Assembly (NCBI RefSeq): GCF_000014785.1 | Contig: NC_008340.1 | Location: 2,280,001 to 2,312,000 of the forward strand | Reading direction: 5' to 3' | Source of the DNA: Alkalilimnicola ehrlichii MLHE-1 | GTDB lineage: Bacteria; Pseudomonadota; Gammaproteobacteria; Nitrococcales; Halorhodospiraceae | Length of the DNA: 32,000 nt | Shown: positions 27,874 to 32,000 of the stretch, piece by piece | Numbering within the stretch: position 1 is the stretch's first letter | Layout: the number at the start of each line of letters is the position of its first letter | Program-made: the position numbers and the translations under genes | The notes under the pieces: model-generated | What the model saw: the letters and a program-made list of their open reading frames with translations, nothing else | Told to the model about the DNA's origin: nothing | Database searches by the model: none

Positions 27874-29796
27874 TCAGAACAGGTCCGGGGCCTCCTGCTC
27901 GTCCCTATCGCGGGGCTGTAACGGCCGCTCCCGCGGGGTAATCCAGTCACCGGTCACCATCTCCTTGTAGCCGGCACCCGGCCCCACCATGGGCAGCACC
28001 GAGGCCTCGGGGTCAATCAGGACCTCCAGGAAGGCCGGACCGTCGAAGTTGAGGAAGGCCTTGAGTGCCTCCGTCACTTCGGCCTTGTCGCTGACCCGGC
28101 GCGCGAACTCGAAGCCATCCGACTCGGCACACTTGATGAAGTCCTTCCGGTGCAGGGACTTGTCGGAGCCGGAGAAGCGGTCGCCGAAATACAGCCGCTG
28201 CCACTGGCGCACCATGCCATCGCCGCAGTTGTTCAACAGCAGGACCTTGACCGGCAGGCCGTAGGTGGTGGCGGTCTCCAACTCGCCCAGGTTCATGCGC
28301 AGGCTGCCATCGCCGTCCACGTCGATGACCAGGGCGTCCGGGCGGGCGAACTGGGCGCCGATGGCGGCGGGCAGCCCAAAGCCCATGGTGCCCATACTGC
28401 CGGAGGTGAGCCACAGCCGCGGCTCCCGGAAGTCGCAGTACTGGGCCGCCCACATCTGGTGCTGGCCTACGCCGGTGGCCACAATCGCCCGCCCGTCGGT
28501 GAGCTTGTTCATCTCCTCGATGACGTAGTGGGGCTGAATGAGTTCGCTCTCCCGGTCGTAGTCCATGCCGTGGCGCTCGCGCAGGGCGGTGCAGTGGTCC
28601 AGCCAGGGCTGGAACTCGCCCTTGAAGCCCATGGACTCGCCATAACGCAGCAGCTGGCGCAGGCTCCGCCCGGCCTCGCCCACATGGGCCCAGTCCACCG
28701 ATTTAACCTTGCCGATCTCGGCGGCGTCGATGTCGATGTGCGCGATCTGCTCGGCCAGGGGCGCGAACTCCGCCACCTTTCCGGCCACGCGATCGTCAAA
28801 GCGCGAGCCCACGGCGATCAGGAAGTCACAGTCCTCGACGGCGTAGTTGGCGTGGGCGAACCCGTGCATGCCGAGCATGCCCATACAAAGTTCGTCGGTG
28901 GTATCCACAGCGCCCAGCCCCATCAGGGTGGTCACCACCGGGATGCGGAAGGTACGAGCAAACTCGCGAAGCTGCTCGGCCGCATTGCCGTTGATCACGC
29001 CCCCGCCGGCATAGATCAGGGGCCGGCGGGAGCGCTCCAGCATTTCAAAGAACTGGCGACACTTGCGGTCGGAGAGCTTGGCCGAGCGCAGCGACTCCAT
29101 ACGCTGGCGGTAGCCGCGCATGTCCAGCAACCCGCTGCCCTGGAACTGGCCAATCCAGTTCTGCGAGTCCTTGGGCACGTCCACCACCACCGGCCCCGGC
29201 CGGCCGGAACGGGCCACCTCGAAGGCGGTGCGGATGGTGGCCTCCAACTGCTCGGGCTTGGTCACCAGGAAGACGTGTTTGGCGCAAGCCCCCATGATGT
29301 TGACGATGGGCGCCTCCTGGAAAGCGTCGGTGCCCATGGCGTGGGTGGGCACCTGCCCGGTGATGGCCACCACCGGCACGGAGTCGGCCATGCAATCGCG
29401 GATGGGGGTGACGGTGTTGGTCGCCCCCGGGCCGGAGGTCACCATGAACACCCCCACCTTGCCACTGGCCCGCGCGTAGCCCGCGGCCATGAAACCGGCA
29501 CCCTGCTCGTTGGCGGGCACGATCAGCTTGATGGGATCGTCCCCGGCGCCCGCCGGGCGGTGCCGCTCGTTGAAGCGGAAGATCGCGTCGTAGGTGGGGA
29601 GGATGGCGCCGCCGCTGTAACCGAATACCGTGTCGACACCTTCCTGGGCCAGTACCTCTACGATCATGTCGGAACCGGACATGGTCTGGCCGGCCATGGG
29701 ATGAACCTGGTTGTCGGTGTACTCTTCGGTCTTCGCGGTTGCGCTGTCCATGGTGTGCTCGATTACCTGTTGCGGATTGACGGTCGGCCCTGCCAC
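27874..29796 (-). CDS. ilvB: Acetolactate synthase large subunit (ThDP-dependent)
   Basis: DMIVEVLAQEGVDTVFGYSGGAILPTYDAI, VFMVTSGPGATN, SRFDDRVAGK and ThDP motif VIDVDGDGSLRMNLGELETA...NNCGDGMVRQWQ. Start uncertain; it may be an internal ATG near 29697 or 29679. Confidence 0.92.
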   Translation of the reverse strand: MAGPTVNPQQVIEHTMDSATAKTEEYTDNQVHPMAGQTMSGSDMIVEVLAQEGVDTVFGYSGGAILPTYDAIFRFNERHRPAGAGDDPIKLIVPANEQGAGFMAAGYARASGKVGVFMVTSGPGATNTVTPIRDCMADSVPVVAITGQVPTHAMGTDAFQEAPIVNIMGACAKHVFLVTKPEQLEATIRTAFEVARSGRPGPVVVDVPKDSQNWIGQFQGSGLLDMRGYRQRMESLRSAKLSDRKCRQFFEMLERSRRPLIYAGGGVINGNAAEQLREFARTFRIPVVTTLMGLGAVDTTDELCMGMLGMHGFAHANYAVEDCDFLIAVGSRFDDRVAGKVAEFAPLAEQIAHIDIDAAEIGKVKSVDWAHVGEAGRSLRQLLRYGESMGFKGEFQPWLDHCTALRERHGMDYDRESELIQPHYVIEEMNKLTDGRAIVATGVGQHQMWAAQYCDFREPRLWLTSGSMGTMGFGLPAAIGAQFARPDALVIDVDGDGSLRMNLGELETATTYGLPVKVLLLNNCGDGMVRQWQRLYFGDRFSGSDKSLHRKDFIKCAESDGFEFARRVSDKAEVTEALKAFLNFDGPAFLEVLIDPEASVLPMVGPGAGYKEMVTGDWITPRERPLQPRDRDEQEAPDLF

Positions 29797-29896
29797 CGGC
29801 CTGCAGACCAGTCAGGGTGACCCACCATGATACGGCGCTGCCCGGCAAACTGGAACCCGCGGCGTAATGTCACCTCGTGACACGCGATTCGTGAGG

Positions 29897-30292
29897 TCAG
29901 CCACTGCGCTTCAGATCGAGGCAGACGGAGTTGATGCAGTAGCGCAGGCCGGTGGGCATGGGGCCGTCCGGGAAGACATGACCGAGATGGGCATCACAAC
30001 GGGCGCACCGGACCTCCTCACGCACCATCCCCAGACTGCGGTCCTCCAGGATGCGCAGGTGATCGTCCGAAATCGGCGCCCAGAAGCTGGGCCAGCCGGA
30101 GCCGGAGTCATACTTGGCCCTGCTGGAGAACAACGGCGCATCACAGCACACGCAGTGATAGGTGCCCGGCTCCTTGCAATGGTAGTAGGCGCCGGAGAAC
30201 GGTTGCTCCGTGCCCCCCTGGCGACAAACCGCGTATTGCTCATCCGTCAATTGCGCCCGCCACTCGGCATCGCTCTTCTCCACCTCAACCAT
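29897..30292 (-). CDS. msrB: Peptide-methionine (R)-S-oxide reductase MsrB
   Basis: [41 protein letters not shown] and catalytic [11 protein letters not shown]. Confidence 0.95.
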   Translation of the reverse strand: MVEVEKSDAEWRAQLTDEQYAVCRQGGTEQPFSGAYYHCKEPGTYHCVCCDAPLFSSRAKYDSGSGWPSFWAPISDDHLRILEDRSLGMVREEVRCARCDAHLGHVFPDGPMPTGLRYCINSVCLDLKRSG

Positions 30293-30365
30293 GATCTCTC
30301 TCCTCCTGCTGTTCGGTCGGGAGGGCGTTTGGCCCCTGCGCGCTCTTTACCCCGGAAGCATGGCG

Positions 30366-31091
30366 CTAGTCGCACGCGATCGCCACCAGCCGGGGCAGCC
30401 ATTCCGCCGCCTTGCCCCGCAGGCGGTAGAGGGTGCGCCCCTTCAGGGGGGTGGGTTCCGGGTTGATCTCCACCACCGGAACGCCGGCGGCCAGGGCCTC
30501 CGCCGGCAGCGAGGCCGCCGGCTGAACCAACGTCGATGTGCCCACGCTGAGCACCAGGTCCGCCTCGGAGACGGCGCCAAGGGCGCGCCGCAGGGCCGGC
30601 TCCGGGAGCATCTCACCGAACCAGACCACGTCGGGCCGCAGCGGACCGCCGCACTGGGCACAGACCCGCGCCGGCGTCTCCGCCCGCTCACCACAATGGT
30701 GGCAGCGGTCGCGGTCGATCCGGCCGTGCAGTTCCACCACGTTCCGGCTACCGGCCCGCTGGTGCAGCCCGTCCACGTTCTGGGTGACGATCACCAGCGC
30801 TGCACACGCCGCCTCCCAGCGCGCCAGCGCCTGGTGCCCGGCGTGGGGCCGGGCCTTGGCCACCTGCTCCCGGCGCCAGGCGTACCAGTCCAGCACCCGT
30901 TGTGGATGGCGCTCAAAGGCCTCCGGGGTGGCCAGTTCCACGGGGTCGAACCGGGCCCACAGACCGCTCTGCGCCTCCCGGAAGGTGGGCACGCCGCTCT
31001 CGGCGGACATGCCGGCGCCGGTGAGCACCACCGGCCGGCGAGCGCCCCGCAGGTGTTCCATCAGGTCCGTATCAAGGGGCACGTTGGCCAC
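30366..31091 (-). CDS. cobB: Sir2-family NAD-dependent protein deacylase
   Basis: VVLTGAGMSAESGVPTFR, IVTQNVDGLHQRAGSRNVVELHG, Zn-binding CHHCGE...CAQCGG, and VVWFGEMLPE. Confidence 0.93.
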   Translation of the reverse strand: MANVPLDTDLMEHLRGARRPVVLTGAGMSAESGVPTFREAQSGLWARFDPVELATPEAFERHPQRVLDWYAWRREQVAKARPHAGHQALARWEAACAALVIVTQNVDGLHQRAGSRNVVELHGRIDRDRCHHCGERAETPARVCAQCGGPLRPDVVWFGEMLPEPALRRALGAVSEADLVLSVGTSTLVQPAASLPAEALAAGVPVVEINPEPTPLKGRTLYRLRGKAAEWLPRLVAIACD

Positions 31092-31165
31092 ATCCCACTC
31101 CCGCTTTCGCTACAATGGCCCACCGCGACAGCATGACCCATCAGCCAGAGGGAACCCAAGCGATC

Positions 31166-32000
31166 ATGAGCGAGATCATCCTCATCAACGTCTCCGGCCA
31201 GGACCAACCCGGGCTTACCTCCTCGCTGATGGGCATCCTGGCCGAATACAACGTGGGCATCCTGGATATCGGCCAGGCGATGATCCATGACACCCTCTCC
31301 CTCGGCATCCTCATCGAGGTGCCGGAGGAGGCCAATGTCTCGCCGGTGCTCAAGGATGTGCTCTTCCACCTGCATGAGAAGGGGATGCAGGTGCGCTTCA
31401 CCCCGGTCAGCGCCGAGGACTACAGCGCCTGGGTGGCCGGGGCCGGCCGCGCCCGTTACATCATCACCCTGCTGGGCCGGCGGATCACCGCCGAGCAGAT
31501 CGCCCGCATCGCCAGTGTGATCAGCGCCCAGGGCCAGAACATCGAGGATGTCATCCGGCTCTCCGGCCGCCGCCCCCTGCACAAGGCGGATGAACGCTCC
31601 CGCGCCTGTATCGAGCTGACGGTGCGCGGCCAGCCGGTGGACCTGGATACCATGAAGCGGGACTTTCTGGAGATCTCCGGCCAACTGGGCATCGATATCT
31701 CCTTCCAGGAGGACAACGTCTATCGTCGCAACCGGCGCCTGGTGGCCTTCGACATGGATTCCACCCTGATCCAGCAGGAGGTCATTGACGAGATGGCCAA
31801 GGCGGCGGGCGTGGGCGATCAGGTTTCGGCGGTGACCGCGGCCGCCATGCGCGGCGAGATCGATTTCAAGGAGAGCCTGCGCCAGCGGGTGGCCTGTCTG
31901 GAGGGGCTGCCGGAGTCCACCCTGCGGAGCGTGGCCGACCGCCTGACCCTCACCGAGGGGGCGGAACGCCTGGTGCGCACCCTGAAAAGCTTTGGCTACC
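31166..32000 (+). CDS. serB: Phosphoserine phosphatase SerB with N-terminal ACT domains (truncated by window end)
   Basis: ACT-type N-terminus (SEIILINVSGQDQPGLTSSLMGILAEYNVGILDIGQ) and HAD motif RLVAFDMDSTLIQQEVIDEMAKAAG; the reading frame stays open to position 32000. An alternative in-frame ATG is at 31133. Confidence 0.92.
   Translation, partial: MSEIILINVSGQDQPGLTSSLMGILAEYNVGILDIGQAMIHDTLSLGILIEVPEEANVSPVLKDVLFHLHEKGMQVRFTPVSAEDYSAWVAGAGRARYIITLLGRRITAEQIARIASVISAQGQNIEDVIRLSGRRPLHKADERSRACIELTVRGQPVDLDTMKRDFLEISGQLGIDISFQEDNVYRRNRRLVAFDMDSTLIQQEVIDEMAKAAGVGDQVSAVTAAAMRGEIDFKESLRQRVACLEGLPESTLRSVADRLTLTEGAERLVRTLKSFGY

Noticed and set aside
28150-29820. 556-codon plus-strand ORF opposite ilvB
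   Set aside because: It is antisense to a clearly conserved acetolactate synthase; the protein has low-complexity GC-driven composition and no recognisable domain. Long shadow ORFs are expected at this GC content.
1-32000. CRISPR arrays, tRNA/rRNA, transposases, phage genes, toxin-antitoxin modules
   Set aside because: No repeat-spacer pattern, structural RNA or mobile-element protein was recognised on either strand.

Overview
This window reads as a high-GC proteobacterial locus, probably gammaproteobacterial (lineage is inference), dedicated to [NiFe]-hydrogenase synthesis and nickel supply. Positions 33 to ~21400 form a nearly gapless minus-strand block. In transcription order it is hupS, hupL, hupC, hupD, hupF, hupG, hupH, hupI, hupJ, hupK, hypA, hypB, hypF, hypC, hypD, hypE, hypX, hupR (hoxA-like), hupU, hupV, hupT, nikR. 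It encodes a membrane-bound uptake hydrogenase with the six-Cys proximal-cluster signature of O2-tolerant enzymes, its maturation set including HypX, and a complete H2-sensing circuit (HupUV, HupT, HupR). Divergently, on the plus strand, lies a predicted nickel import module: a TonB-dependent receptor, a DUF4198/NikK-like protein, a NikL-like protein, NikM, NikQ and NikO (21812-27056). The rest (27098-32000) is housekeeping: a small membrane protein, ogt, an acetolactate synthase large subunit, msrB, a sirtuin and serB (truncated by the window end). The least-explained DNA is the ~410 bp divergent intergenic region. It holds a 29-bp near-perfect palindrome directly upstream of the TonB receptor, a candidate sigma-54 promoter facing hupS, and a separate 28-bp inverted repeat in the presumed hupS leader. 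I found no evidence for a wholly undescribed system, CRISPR, tRNA/rRNA or mobile element. The novelty candidates are regulatory DNA and the integration of nickel import with H2 sensing.
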